Shown: positions 37,195 through 49,280 of the stretch, piece after piece
How positions within the stretch are numbered: the stretch's first letter is position 1
Layout: every line of letters begins with the position of its first letter
Assembly: GCA_034780895.1 (NCBI GenBank)
Contig: JAUZTB010000057.1
Coordinates: forward strand, 1,765,196-1,826,456
Source: Rhynchobatus australiae
Taxonomy: Eukaryota
Length of the DNA: 61,261 nt
Reading direction: 5' to 3'
Translations under genes and position numbers: made by a program
Notes under the pieces: model-generated
The model's database searches: none
What the model saw: only the letters and a program-made list of their open reading frames with translations
Told to the model about the DNA's origin: nothing

Positions 37195-38690
37195 TGGAGC
37201 ATGCTAAGATGCTAGGGCATTTTGAGATAAAGAGATAGTGTTGGGTCTCTCGAAGAACATTAAGGTAGATAAATCCCCAGGGCCTGATGGGATATACCCC
37301 AGGTTATTGAGAGAAGCAAGAGATGAGGTTTCTGGGGCCTTGGCCAAGATCTTTTGTGTTCTCTCTAGCCTCAAGTGAGGTCCCAGAGGACTGGTGAAAA
37401 GCTAATGTTGTTCTGTTGTTCAAGAATGGAAATCGGGATAATCCTGGAAGCTATAGCCCGGTGAGTCTCATGTCAGTGGTAGGGAAGCTATTGGAAAAGA
37501 TCCTTAAGGATAGGATTTATGAGCATTTGGAAAACCATGGCCTAACTAGGGACTGTCAGTACGGCTTTGTGCGGGGTAAGTCATTGTCTTACTAACTGAT
37601 TGAGCTTTTTGAGGAACTGATAAAGGTGATTGATGAAGGTAGAGCTGTAGATGTTCTCTACATGAATTTTAGTAAGGTGTTTGACAATGTCCCTCATGGG
37701 AGACTCATCCAGAGGAATGAGATGCATGGGATCTACAGTGACTTGGCCGTTTGGATTCAGAATTGGCCATAGAACACAAGAGGGTAGTGGTTGATGGCAC
37801 CACTAGCTATAGATCCTGGCTATAGATCCGTGACCAGTGGTGTTCCACAGGGCTCCGTAATGGGATCCCTGTAGACGATACAAAGATTGGTAGTGTGTAG
37901 AAGATTGCCAAAAGATACAGCAGGATATAGATCAGTTGCAGATATGGGTGGAGAAATGGCAGATGGAGTTTAATCCGGCTAAGTGTGAGGTGTTGAGCTT
38001 TGGGAGATCAAATGTAAAGGGACAGGACACAGTTAATGGCAGGGTCCTTAAAGTGCTGATATACAGAGGGATCTTGGGGTCCAGGTCCATAGCTCCCTGA
38101 AAGTGGCTGCACAGCATAAAGAAGGCGTTTGGCATGCTTGCCTGTATTAGTCAAGGCACTGAGTTCAAGAGTCAGGAAATTATGTTGCAGCTTTATACAA
38201 CTCTGGTTAGGCCACATCTGGAGTGTTGCATTCAGTTCTGGTCACCCCATTATAGGAAAGATGTGGAGGGTTTGGAGAAGGTGCAGAAGATGCTGCCTTG
38301 ATTAGAAGGCATGTGCTTTAAGGAGAGGTTGGATAAACTTGGGGTGTTTCTCTGGAGTGAAAGAGGCTGAGGGGAGACCTGATAGAAGTTTATAAAATTA
38401 TGACTGGCCTAGATAGGGTAAAGAGCCAGTATCTTTTTCCCAGGATCAAACTGTCTAATACTAGAAGGCATGCATTTAAGATGAGAGTGGGTAAGTTCAA
38501 AGGAGATGTGCGGGACAAGATTTTTTACACGGAGTGATGTGTGCTGGAATGTGCTGTCAGGTGGTGGTGGAGGCAAATACGATAGAGGTGTTTGCAAGGA
38601 TCCTAGATAGGTACATGAATGTGCAGAGAATGGAGGGATATGGACATTGTGTAGGCAGAAGGGATTAGTTTAGTTAGGTGTTTAATTACN
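37195..38690 (+). mobile_element. 5'-truncated CR1 LINE (~1.5 kb), inverted relative to the 33.9-36.1 kb copy
   Basis: gataaatccccagggcctgatgggatataccccagg (DKSPGPDGIYPR), ttttagtaaggtgtttgac, gtgaccagtggtgttccacaggg, ggttaggccacatctggag. Confidence 0.9.
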
Positions 38691-39879
38691 NNNNNNNNNN
38701 NNNNNNNNNNNNNNNNNNNNNNNNNNNNNNNNNNNNNNNNNNNNNNNNNNNNNNNNNNNNNNNNNNNNNNNNNNNNNNNNNNNNNNNNNCCATGTTAATT
38801 CACAGCTCCTCTTGAGGGATTTCCATTTTTATTATTCCTGTAACTCAGCTTCTTAAAAATCTTTTTTCAAAATATTAGTTCACCACTTTAGTTCAAGTAT
38901 AAATTGCAAGGTTTTCATCTGGAGTCAGGGTCTTCAGAATATCTCCACTCTCTTTATCCCTGTTTTCTGATTGAGTTTCTCCCACAGGCAATACTTCATT
39001 TGTGGCTTAAGTGTGTATCTTGTGCAGAACATCACTTTTATACAACATCAACAATACCATGTGTTTTTATAGCCTTTTCTATTTCCAGTCCCACCACTGA
39101 ATAACCTATATGTCACAATTCCTTCATCTCTCTGATCATGATCACTGAGGACACACTTGCTCCCTCTCTTACCACCAATATGCACAACATGTGTTTTAAA
39201 GTAAACTACCTGCACCTGTCTGCCCATCCTGCTTCATCCAGCGATATCTCACTCTGTATGTGCTCAGAATCTTCCTTGTACATCATCCTAGTACAAATCC
39301 CAGGGGCACCATCACTTTCTTTGCTGGGTGCTCACAAAGTCCCCCTTTCCACTGTAGGGGACGTCATACACATACAAATAGCCCAGCCCAGTAGATTGAA
39401 TACTTCCTGTNNNNNNNNNNTGTAGGAGTAAAGTGATCATCCATTACAACAGCACAGATTTGAAATTGCTCCAAGTTTGTCTGTAACAAGACTTTTGGCA
39501 AAAGACTTTTTTTCAACAATAGGGCAGCGTGTCCAAACATAATCTAACCTCCCATCTCTTAGACAGTGACTAATTGTAGTACCCCTTTGGGACTGACTAA
39601 TTCAGCACAGCCCATGGATTAATCCTAGTGGTATCTGGTGTGCTCTGATTCTATCCTGCAGTCTGACTTAACTGCAAATATACACCATTGTCTTGTGGCA
39701 TTCCTAAAATCTCTTGGGATAGTTTGTTCTTTCACAAATAGTTCAGGTGGGCTTGACATGGTTGTCTGACAACCTATAGCTACACTTTGCCTCTCTTGTT
39801 CAGCATTGCTTTGTAGAGTCTTGGAATAACTCTTCTAATTTGCATTTGCCTTTCCTTAGGTTTTGACTTTAGCAATGAG

Positions 39880-39965
39880 AGAACGTTTTTATATGTCGTC
39901 TTTCACATCCTTAGGAAATCTCAAAGCGCTTTGCAGACAACTAAGTATTTTTGAAGTGTGGCCAA
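39880..39965 (-). mobile_element. DeuSINE/L2-type 3' end remnant
   Basis: ctcaaagcgctttgcagacaactaagtatttttgaagtgtg. Confidence 0.5.
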
Positions 39966-40318
39966 ACAAAAGTAGTGCATCCTTTTGTAGGCAGGGAGTG
40001 GCTGAGGAAGTTTCCTATGCCTTCCAATCTATTTTTTAATCAACTTAGTGCAAACTGAATTGCCACAGTGACTGAGTTGATGGGAATCCAGAGTGAATTA
40101 TGGAATTTGAACGCATGATGATTGGGTTAGGGAAATGCTATGGTTTTATCCTAGCAACAGACAAATAGCGGTGATGATAAAGTTTGTTAGAATTTCCACT
40201 GTCTTCTGGGAGGCATCCTCCAGTTTCTGCTTCTTGAGTAGACCAGTGAGGGTGGGGAGGTGCCCTTTGATATTGTGGATGTTCACTGCCTACATTGCTT
40301 ATGTCTGACGACCTGCAG

Positions 40319-40428
40319 GTTAACAGTACGATTGCCATGATACCGTCTCCAGTCCAGCAGCCGATGCTCCCACCACCACAACCTCAGCCATCTCCCCAGC
40401 CTCCTTCGTCCCAACAGAGTTCTGTGAG
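40319..40428 (+). CDS. MED15: MED15 exon (~exon 10): VNSTIAMIPSPVQQPMLPPPQPQPSPQPPSSQQSSV(S)
   Basis: acctgcag|GTTAAC...TGTGAG|gtaagc; 110 nt, phase 0 to 2; absent from the ORF track, translated by hand; PPPQP.PSPQP motif. Confidence 0.92.
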
Positions 40429-40689
40429 GTAAGCACAGCAAAATGTATTAAATCTGGCAATGCCACGTTTCCTGGGTTTGGTGTTTCTGGCCTCACTCAA
40501 GGGGGAAAGGCGAAGGGGACCTGAGATTAATTAAATGAATTGTACAAATAGAGATTTGGGTCTGTTTGGTGTCAGAATTCATATTGGCATGAGAGGTTTT
40601 ATCACTTATTAACTTTGGGTCATCTGTATGAGCACATCATAATGTAGGCCACACCACAGTTACTTTTATCTGCGGAGCAGTGTTGTTTT

Positions 40690-40850
40690 ATCGAACAACA
40701 GGCAATCTGCTGGAGGAACAGTGGGAGGAACAGCATCCATGGGAGTGGGGAGGAAGGAATTGTTGACATTTAGGGTCAAAACCCTGCATTGGGACTCCAT
40801 CAGATGGTTTGTTTCTCCAGATTCCAGTATCTGCAGTCTCCTGTGTCCCT
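40690..40850. mobile_element. decayed palindromic PLE-derived element
   Basis: atctgctggaggaac...cagcatccatggg...ccagattccagtatctgcagtctc. Confidence 0.55.
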
Positions 40851-42714
40851 GCCGTTTAATAGAATCTTCCCTCTACCCCTAGTTGGAGTTGTTAAGAGCT
40901 GTTCTGCTGCATATAATTTTAAAGATTGCAGAAACTCTTAACAGAAATCCCTGTTGCATGTTGTTAAGAGATTAGTGCCCACTGCCAAAGGAATTGGCAG
41001 AGAAAGTTTGCAAGCATATCCTTTGGCCTTTCCTTTTGAAATTCTGTCACATTTATCTTTTCATTTGCAAGATACTTCTATGTTGGTGGTTTCTATTCAG
41101 AATGTGAGTAAAAGATTAAACTTGCTAAACAGATATGTCACCCACTTCAATGCAAGCACCACTTGCTTCCTTAATTAGGGGATTAGTATCAGTTTATAAA
41201 TTGGTAGTTAATCAGTTAGCTCTTCACTTTCTGGGTTGTTTCTGGGTTGGTTTTGGCCCATAGCCATCTGGTTTTAACCTACAGCCTAATGATGTGCTCG
41301 GCTAGTTAGCTCGTCGTCAAACAGAACACTGGCCTGTGGTCTAACTGTGGTCTGTTGAGCTGGATGGGTTGGTTCTTGTGTTTCCTCAGCGTGAATGCGT
41401 TTCTCCATTGAAAGTTTCACTTGGGCTTCCTTCAAACTTTGTATAAAATGCATTTGTATAAATCCACTGAGATGTTTCGCACAGGCAGGATTTAAAACAT
41501 GGATGCCATGCCAAAGGAGGGAGCATCAGTAGGTCATGACAACAAGGATGGTGGTGAGAAATGATTTTGGCTAGGATGTACAGGAAGTGGAGTCGGTATT
41601 TGTTGACAGTTTCATGAAACAAAATGTCTTGAAACTACCAGAAAGGAACAAGCTGAATCGATCGGATGATGATTTTGGAACATAAATTAACAATAATTAA
41701 AATGTAAGAACCAGCTTCAATCACAAGATGTCTCGTAGTGACATTATGGAAAGATTATCTGTCATAGAATTTATTTAAAATTGTATCTTATAGTGGCGGG
41801 TTATTGGAGATTTCTGTGGGTGTCCTTTGATCAGTGCTGTTTTCAAACCTTCCACCCTCTACCTGACAGCTGTTGCCGCTTCCTCTCCCCCATTTTCACC
41901 CTGGTTAGTTTCACCGTTATTGCAGTGACAAGTAGCTGCTCATGTTAAAAGAATTTGTTGTCATTGTGAAATTGTTTTCTTCTAGTTAAGCTCTCGAGTA
42001 AGTCATGCTTTAAAATCTTTTTCTAGTCCTGCACCAATTGTGTCACCTTTTATCATGCTTGTGCTTCTGAACAATAGCTACAGTCTTATCTCATTGTTGG
42101 AGTCTCCTCTCAATATTTATCGGTATCAGTCCCCCTCCCTGTGTGCCCACTCTCTTACGCTGCTCCAGGCTGCACAAACAAAACTCACTGTTCTTTGTCT
42201 GGTGCAGCCTCATGCTGCACTCTGCTTGCTTTCCGTTTTTCACCGTGTACTTCCCCCTTCAACCCCTCCTTCCCCCTGTCATTCTCTGTGTGTCCTCCCC
42301 GGTGACCTTGGACAAAATGTCTGCTTTTTCCTTTGTGTCTTTTCTGTTTCTGCCTGTTCATCTTCCCCTTGCACCTTCCCTCTACAAAGGAAACCAGTTA
42401 GAGAATGTGGAAAGCAAACAAGTGTGACAATGAAGAGTCTGACTAAATAAAGTGAAAGACAACACAGACAAGTGAAAGAAAACTCACTGGGACTTGAAGT
42501 TTTATTGTTCTTTAAATACAAATGATTAAAAGTTCCTTCAGTCGTTTGCTTGTACATTTCAACATCAGTTGTATTGAGACACCTGTCAGCCGTTACCCTA
42601 CACGCACAGCTCCATTGTAGCTTAGCTCATAATGGAGCTCACTGCACTGATACTCTGGCAGGAGCTGAAGTGTTCTGACCTAGAAAGTGCAACGTGGTTC
42701 CTGTTCCCACCTGG

Positions 42715-43070
42715 CAGGGAGAGAGAGGGAACAGCAGGGAGGTGACAGGGCAGAGCAGGGAGATGAGGAGGTAGTAAAGGGGATGGGGAGAGAGAACAAA
42801 TGAAAAGGGAAGGGTTGAAGGGAGGGATCCATGGGGCTGGAAGGGCGGTGGAGAGGGAACAGAGTGCTGGGTAAGGAAGAGAAAAAATGGGGGATAATGA
42901 GGAGCATTGTGGAAGAGTGAGTGAATGAAGGGGGCAGGGAAGGAGATGGGGAGGGAGATGGTAAAAGGAAAAGAGAGGAGTGAGGAGAAAGTGGGAAAGA
43001 GATGGTTGGAGAGAAAGGTGAGTGAATCCCGAGTGAGGGGAGGAGCAGGGTGAGAAAGAAAGGCATTGTG
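42715..43070 (+). repeat. GA/purine-rich low-complexity tract
   Basis: composition read directly. Confidence 0.8.
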
Positions 43071-43339
43071 GAGAACATGTCCCAGCACCCCAGACTGCAT
43101 GGTGTTCTGCTCCACCTCCTCCTCCTCTCTCTCTATGCTCTTGGCCTGTGTGAGATAGATAGTGAAAGAGGAGCNNNNNNNNNNNNNNNNNNNNNNNNNN
43201 NNNNNNNNNNNNNNNNNNNNNNNNNNNNNNNNNNNNNNNNNNNNNNNNNNNNNNNNNNNNNNNNNNNNNNNNNNAGAGGAGAGAGAGGGAGGAGGTGGGG
43301 GAGGTGGTGGGAAGAGAGGAAGGGAGAGGCAGAGAGAGA

Positions 43340-44420
43340 TTGGGGAGGTACAGTTGGAGTATCCTGGGCAAATAACTGCAGTGCATTTTGTAGTTGGTAC
43401 ACCCTGCAGCCACTGTGCGCCGGTGATGGAGGGAACGAATGTTAAGGCTAATGAATGGGGTGTCAGTCATGCAGGCTGCTTTTTCTGGTTGCTGTCAACC
43501 TTGCTGAGTGTTGGAGCTGCATTCTCCAACAGTCAAACATCACACTCCTGACTTGTGCCTTGTACAGTACACTCTCAGACATCTGGTATCCATGGGGAAT
43601 GGGGAGTGCCGTGTGTGTGAATGGCTCAGGAAGTACTGTGCGTCACACACTAGTACTCTATGCAAAAACTTCTATATGAATTGCCAAACTGTATCATCTC
43701 CTTATCATTTTAAATAACTATGCAATCATTAATAAATATTTAAACAGCACCATGAATCTATATTTTAAGGCTAAACATTAATGTAAAATACAGCAAAAAT
43801 AATTCAATTGGATGACAGTACTCACCTGGTACCAGATCTGCAAAGAGGATGTTGCTGCTCACCAGCCTACAACTACACTGCCCTTACATATAAACATAAA
43901 TAAACCTAAAATGCCTTTTCACCCTTCTGCATTTTGAAAAAAAATATATGACATTGCCTAATATTAGAATATTTTGCTGGTTGCATGAGAATTCTGGATG
44001 CATAAACACCAGACAAATGAGAGTTTACTGTAAAGGCTTGAAAGCATTTGGGAAATTAGGTGAGTCACTTGCCACTGTACATCCAGCCTCTGACCTGCTA
44101 TTATAACTGCTATTATGTGGCTGATCCAGTTGAGTTTCTAGTCTTTGTGGTGACCCTAGGATGCTGATGGTGGGAACTTGGCAATGGTAATGTCATTGTT
44201 AGGCACAGGGGAGGTGGTTAGACTCTCTCTCTTTGGGGATGACCATTCCCTGGCACTTCTGTGGTATGAATGTTACTTGCCACTTACCAGCTCATGCCTG
44301 TATGTTGTCCAGGAATTGTTGCATGCAGGCATGGGTGGTTTCACTTTCTGAGCGGTTATGAAATTGAACATTGTGCAATCGTCAGCCAACATCCCCATTT
44401 CTGAGTTTACCAGTTAATGA
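43340..44420 (-). mobile_element. old CR1-clade LINE 3' fragment split by a MITE
   Basis: LNIRSLHHRRTVAAGCTNYKMHCSYLPRIL (N-terminus of ORF 42622-43470); LINE-like sequence resumes after 44032. Confidence 0.7.
43565..44030. mobile_element. non-autonomous Tc1/mariner (Tigger/pogo-like) MITE, 466 bp
   Basis: TA|cagtacactctcagacatctggt ... accagacaaatgagagtttactg|TA: 23-bp imperfect TIRs (18/23) and TA target-site duplication. Confidence 0.8.
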
Positions 44421-45112
44421 TCATTTTTGTACCCCAGCAACTACTCCAACATGTCTCTTTAAACTTGCACCTTTGAGAAATTCCCAAAAATCACATACAT
44501 GTTTAAATCTGAGCCCTGGGCTTGAACTGTAGGTGTCAATAATGTAACACGGTGGAAGACACCTGGGACCAGAAGTTTTATAGGAGCAGAATGCTATCCT
44601 AATACAGTGACGTGCAGGGAGAGCGTGTGTGTGGTGATTGTGGACAGTGGTGATGGAGGGGTGGGAGGGACTGGTTCCTTCTGTTTTGCTTCACTCCATC
44701 TTTCATCTGCACTGTCTTCCTCCTTTCCCATATCTTACTCTCTTCCCTCAGTTCTGCAGCCTCTGGTATATTGCAGGTGAGACATTAATTCTGCTACGCT
44801 GTCTTATGGAAAATGGTTATCTCCATTATCTGCATGTCTGATTATCATTGACACAGTAGAATGGGGCCATAAGCTTCAAGAAAACAGGGAGAGAAGGTAG
44901 CTGTAAGGGAGAGAGACATCAGGATGAGAAAACAGATGGTTCCTGCTCAGTAACCATTTGTTGAGAAGTTTAATGTCTGTCACCAGCAAAACTCATTCAT
45001 TGTATTCATTAATTACTACTTTTACTCTTTGTACTTCCTACAAGGCTCAGAATTTTGAAGTAGTATTCACTGATTGTCTAAAACCATGCCGTACTCTGAT
45101 CATCTATTGCAG

Positions 45113-45240
45113 TTCTGGTCCAGCTCCATCCCCGAGTGCTTTCCTGCCAAGTCCATCCGCACAGACAACACAGAGCCCAGCTGCAGCGCGGACCCCCCAG
45201 AACTTCAGTGTCCCTTCCCCGGGCCCTCTCAACACTCCAG
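45113..45240 (+). CDS. MED15: MED15 exon (~exon 11): SGPAPSPSAFLPSPSAQTTQSPAAARTPQNFSVPSPGPLNTP
   Basis: ctattgcag|TTCTGG...ACTCCAG|gtatgg; 128 nt, phase 2 to 1; strongly conserved S/T-P-rich sequence. Confidence 0.97.
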
Positions 45241-46104
45241 GTATGGTATTTGCTGGAACCCAGTTAATGGTAGAGAGATAAATAATTACCTCAAATGCCC
45301 TAACTCTCTATCCCATTAACTACAGGGAGACTGATACCTGCAACATAAAGGTGGCTGGAATGGATTTGATGTGGAATAGACAGAGTTCTCCAAGCTGTGT
45401 AACATTGTTTTCCACTGTAATTTTGTCAAAGCTTTCAAATTGTAAAGACGATGGCCACATCACCTACGTTGTCTTTATGCCATTGAAACTGGAACTGTGC
45501 GTGGCCCAGCCTCAGCTGTATTGACAGGTGCCTTTCCCCACTGAGTGATCATGACAAAGGCAGCGAATGGAGAAAGCCAGGGGTGGGACTGACATGGGAC
45601 TGGGAAGAGAATTCAGAGTGCTAAGAGGGGCCACCCTCAAACCAGGATAGAACATTGGCCTGGTTTTTGTTACTTTCTGGTTTGGTTCCTCTGATGTGGA
45701 GCAGAATGTGTCTATTATGATGTTGTGATAGCTTTTTCTTATTGTCCAGTTCTCCCATTATGATGGAGTTGACTCATGGCGGAGTCTGATTTCATGGTTG
45801 TTAATCACCCAACGACTTTGATGGTCTATTCAACTTCTTGGATATCTCTGTGGAAACCATTCTTTGTTCTTAACCACACATATACCCATGTTTTCCTAAC
45901 GTACAAAGCCATGCAGAGACACTGTGCTCCCTCTACTGATGCCCAAGGAGACATTAACTCAGCTGCACCCCAAGGTCTGTGCTACACACAGTGATGCTTT
46001 TATCATTCGGCCAGTTTTTTCAATTCTGAATGAAACCTTTTGAAAGTTTAATGGAAGCCACTGTGCAATGTGCCCACTAGTTCCCTACTGGTTTCCCTGG
46101 AGAA

Positions 46105-46960
46105 GTTACAACATGGAAGGCAGACATTCAGCTCATCATGTATATAGTGTCTGACAAAGCCCCACCCAGCCTATCTCACCTCTGTAGCCCTGAAGGTCAC
46201 AGCCCCTAAGTCCACATCTATGTACTATTTTAAACAAGGTGAGGCTTCTGCCTCTCCCATCCTTTCAGGCAGTGAATTTCAAACCCCCAACACACTGACT
46301 GAAAACATTTCCTCATCTCTCTCTAATCCTTCCATCATTTACCTTAAATCTATACCCCTTGGTTTTTGACCCCTCTGATAAGGAGGCAAGTCCTTCCTGT
46401 AGTCAGATGTTCATAATTTGTACAATTCAATTAAGCCTCCCTTCCACCATCTCTGTCTTCAAGAAAACAGCTTTTCCATTCATGCCTCAGCTATAACTTT
46501 CCAGTTCCGGCAAGGTCCTTGTAAACCTCCCTGCTTTATTCTCAATGCCTCGGCTTATGAAAGCCTCAGCTATGCTTCTTAGGCACCTCATCTTCCTGAA
46601 CTGCTATGTTTAAGGATCTGTGAACATCAGCTCCTTCCTCCACACTTCCCAGTGTACTCCTCTGTCTTCTTTCACTATCCCAAGTGCATTACCTTTGACT
46701 CCTTTGGATTTAATCCCCTCTTTCTCTCTTCTGACCACCTGACCAGATACCATCCCTTTCTCTGCATTCTAAAGCTTTCGTCTTCGGGGTCAACCACATG
46801 GCCAGCTTTTGAATCACTTCTAAGCTTCTTAATCAAGCTCCCTATAATTAAGACTAAAGCATTAATGTATATTAATAAAGGCAAAGGACGGAGCATTGAA
46901 CCCTTTGGAACTTCACTGGTAACAACCTACCAGTTACAAGAGCACCATCTAAACACATTG
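46105..46960 (-). mobile_element. decayed CR1 LINE fragment
   Basis: ORF 46675-46896(-) LLIYINAL...NPKESKVMHLG; CR1 tail at ~46110-46400. Confidence 0.7.
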
Positions 46961-47352
46961 GCCCCATTGAACTCAGGTGGGTAAGTGGAGATGAGATGAC
47001 CCAGTGGAGTGGTAGAACGGACTCAAGTGGGTGAATAGTTTCCTATGTTCCAAAATCAAGCAGGGTGGAAGAAGAACTTCCAGTGGAACAGCTTCAAATG
47101 TTACTACAGCCAGTGAATGACTGGCTGAAGTGAATCCATTACTGAAATGCATTCAGACACAGAACTAGTTCCTCTGGGCAAGATCCTACAACAGAGTATG
47201 AGAACTGACTGGCGAATGATACCAACTGGGGGTCAAGGTTGGCTGGGATGGAGGGGTCACTTGGAAAAGGATCCCCTCCAGCGGGCCCAGTTCTCCTCAA
47301 GTCCGACTGGTATTGGTGCTGCAGCAGCTGAATCATCTTGTTTCTGATCTTG

Positions 47353-47492
47353 GAGACACAGGAGACTGCAGATGCTGTGATCTGGAGCAAAAAAACAAAC
47401 TGCTGGAGGAATTCAGCAGGTCAGGCAGCATCTGTGGAGCCACCACAGATGCAGCTTGACCCACTGAGTTCCTCAACAGTTTGTTTATTGCT
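47353..47492. mobile_element. hairpin PLE-derived element with deleted centre
   Basis: gcatctgtgg-agcca-ccacagatgc at 47428-47452 within longer imperfect arms (aaactgctggaggaattcag / ctgagttcctcaacagttt). Confidence 0.7.
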
Positions 47493-47800
47493 TTTGGTCT
47501 TGTTACCTCCTGTACTTGTTTTTACGCTGTTCTTTTTTTTTAGAAGACTTTATCCTAAGTGGTAGCCAACAGTTCATTCCATTTTCCCCAAAGAATTTTT
47601 GATCCTGTTGTAATATAAGCACATCTCCATTAACGTGGCTTTGAATTAGATAGGCCCTCATCAAGGTAGACCCTGGATTATGTTTGGCATAAATGCCAAT
47701 TTTCAAGCCAGCGCAGGTGGATAGCATATTATTTTGCCTTGCACACCAATAGATCACAACATCAGTTAATGAGCTTCTAATTATGTTTAATAGCAGTATG

Positions 47801-48040
47801 TTTTTTTAAAATTTTATTTACAGCTTGGTATCTGGCCCAACGAGTCCACGCCACCCATTTTAAACCCCAAATTAACCTACCCGTACGTCTTTAGAATGTG
47901 GGAGGAAACCGGAGCACCCGAAGGAAACCCACGCAGACACGGGAGAACATACAATCTCCTTACAGACAGCGACGGGAATCGATCCCTGATCGCTGGCACT
48001 GTAATAGCATTGCGCTAACCGCTACGCTACTATGCCACCC
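47801..48040 (-). mobile_element. full-length tRNA-derived V-SINE with CR1-type tail
   Basis: head gggtggcatagtagcgtagcgg (A-box), ggatcgattcc (B-box), V-domain, tail ggcccaacgagtccacgcc. Confidence 0.85.
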
Positions 48041-48059
48041 TAAGCTGATAAAATATTTC

Positions 48060-48955
48060 AAAATTCCCCATTAATGTATATCCAATGGAAAAAATGGAAG
48101 TCCACAAGGAGAGTGATCCATCTCTGGTTATCTAAGGGGATTAAGGACAGGAATACATTACAAGAGGCCAGTGATGCCAGTCAAATTAATATGCCTGAGA
48201 ACAGGATGACTTTTAGGAAGCAGAAATGAACAATGATTGATAAGGGGAAGAATGACTATGAGAGTAAATCAGGCAAGAAAAATAAATATTTTAAGAGTCA
48301 TAACTACATAAAAAGGAAGAGTGAAGCAAAAATATCTGTTTTCATTGAAGAAAATACAATTAAAAAAGCAGAAATGGACAGCAACCAAGATTGTAGAGAC
48401 AATGAGAAATAAAAGGTAATTAATATACTAAAGAGACAATACCGGATAAGTTAAGGTTCCTTAAGACCAGATACCAGACTAGACAGAATAATATATATGC
48501 CATTGTTCTAAGGGAGATGGTGAATGTACTAGTGTGGTGATAGTGAATGGAATACTGATAGTCTTCCAGAATTCACACTATTCCAGAGCAATGTCAGCAG
48601 ATTCGAAGGTAACAAGTGTAACATCTCTATATATAAAAGGGAAGGGGGAAAAAAAACTGTAAACCAGTTGGCATGGCACATATTGTTGGCAAATTGATGG
48701 AATCCACCATTGTAACAGCATGCTTATAGTGGCCATGGACAAAGTTAGGATAATTTTATTGCTATTTTATAATCCCAATTTATTTTCTAAGGATGTAACT
48801 AGCAGAAAGCGTAAATGTAGATGTAATATATCTGGATATTCAAATTGTAGGCCTCATATCTAAAAGACAGTGACGCAATCGGAGCTCAGAGCATGGGAGG
48901 GAACAAATTATCATGGACAGAGGATTGGCTAAAGGCCAGAAAACAGAAATAAACA
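48060..48955 (+). mobile_element. heavily decayed CR1 LINE fragment
   Basis: ggtaacaagtgtaacatctctat..aaaaggg and gatgtaatatatctggatattcaa resemble CR1 RT landmarks. Confidence 0.55.
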
Positions 48956-48959
48956 GGAC

Positions 48960-49280
48960 AGAAGGGGGAGTGGGAGAAATAGAAGGTGGAGTTGAGGGGA
49001 AGGTGGAGGCGAGGGACAGAGGGTGGACTGGGAAAGTGGCTGGGGTTGGAAAGTGGTTTTGGAACAAGGAGCTGGTGCAGTGGTGAGTTGAAGGTGGAGG
49101 TATTGTGCGGGGAGGTGGGATGGGAAAAGGAAAATGTAGCAGTGCAGCAGGGAAAGGAGATGGAATGGGAGGAGTGAAGCTGAGAGGGTAAGTAGAGCAG
49201 GGGTGAGGAGGAGAGGGTGAACGGTGAAGAGGCAGGGGGTGGAAGTGGGGTGGGGATTATGAAAGGTGGAACCAGGCAGG
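48960..49280 (+). repeat. G/purine-rich low-complexity tract
   Basis: composition read directly; many GGG runs. Confidence 0.75.

Noticed and set aside
42622-43470. 282-aa Pro/Leu/Ser-rich minus-strand ORF
   Set aside because: Composite of a LINE remnant, an N gap and the reverse complement of a purine-rich tract.
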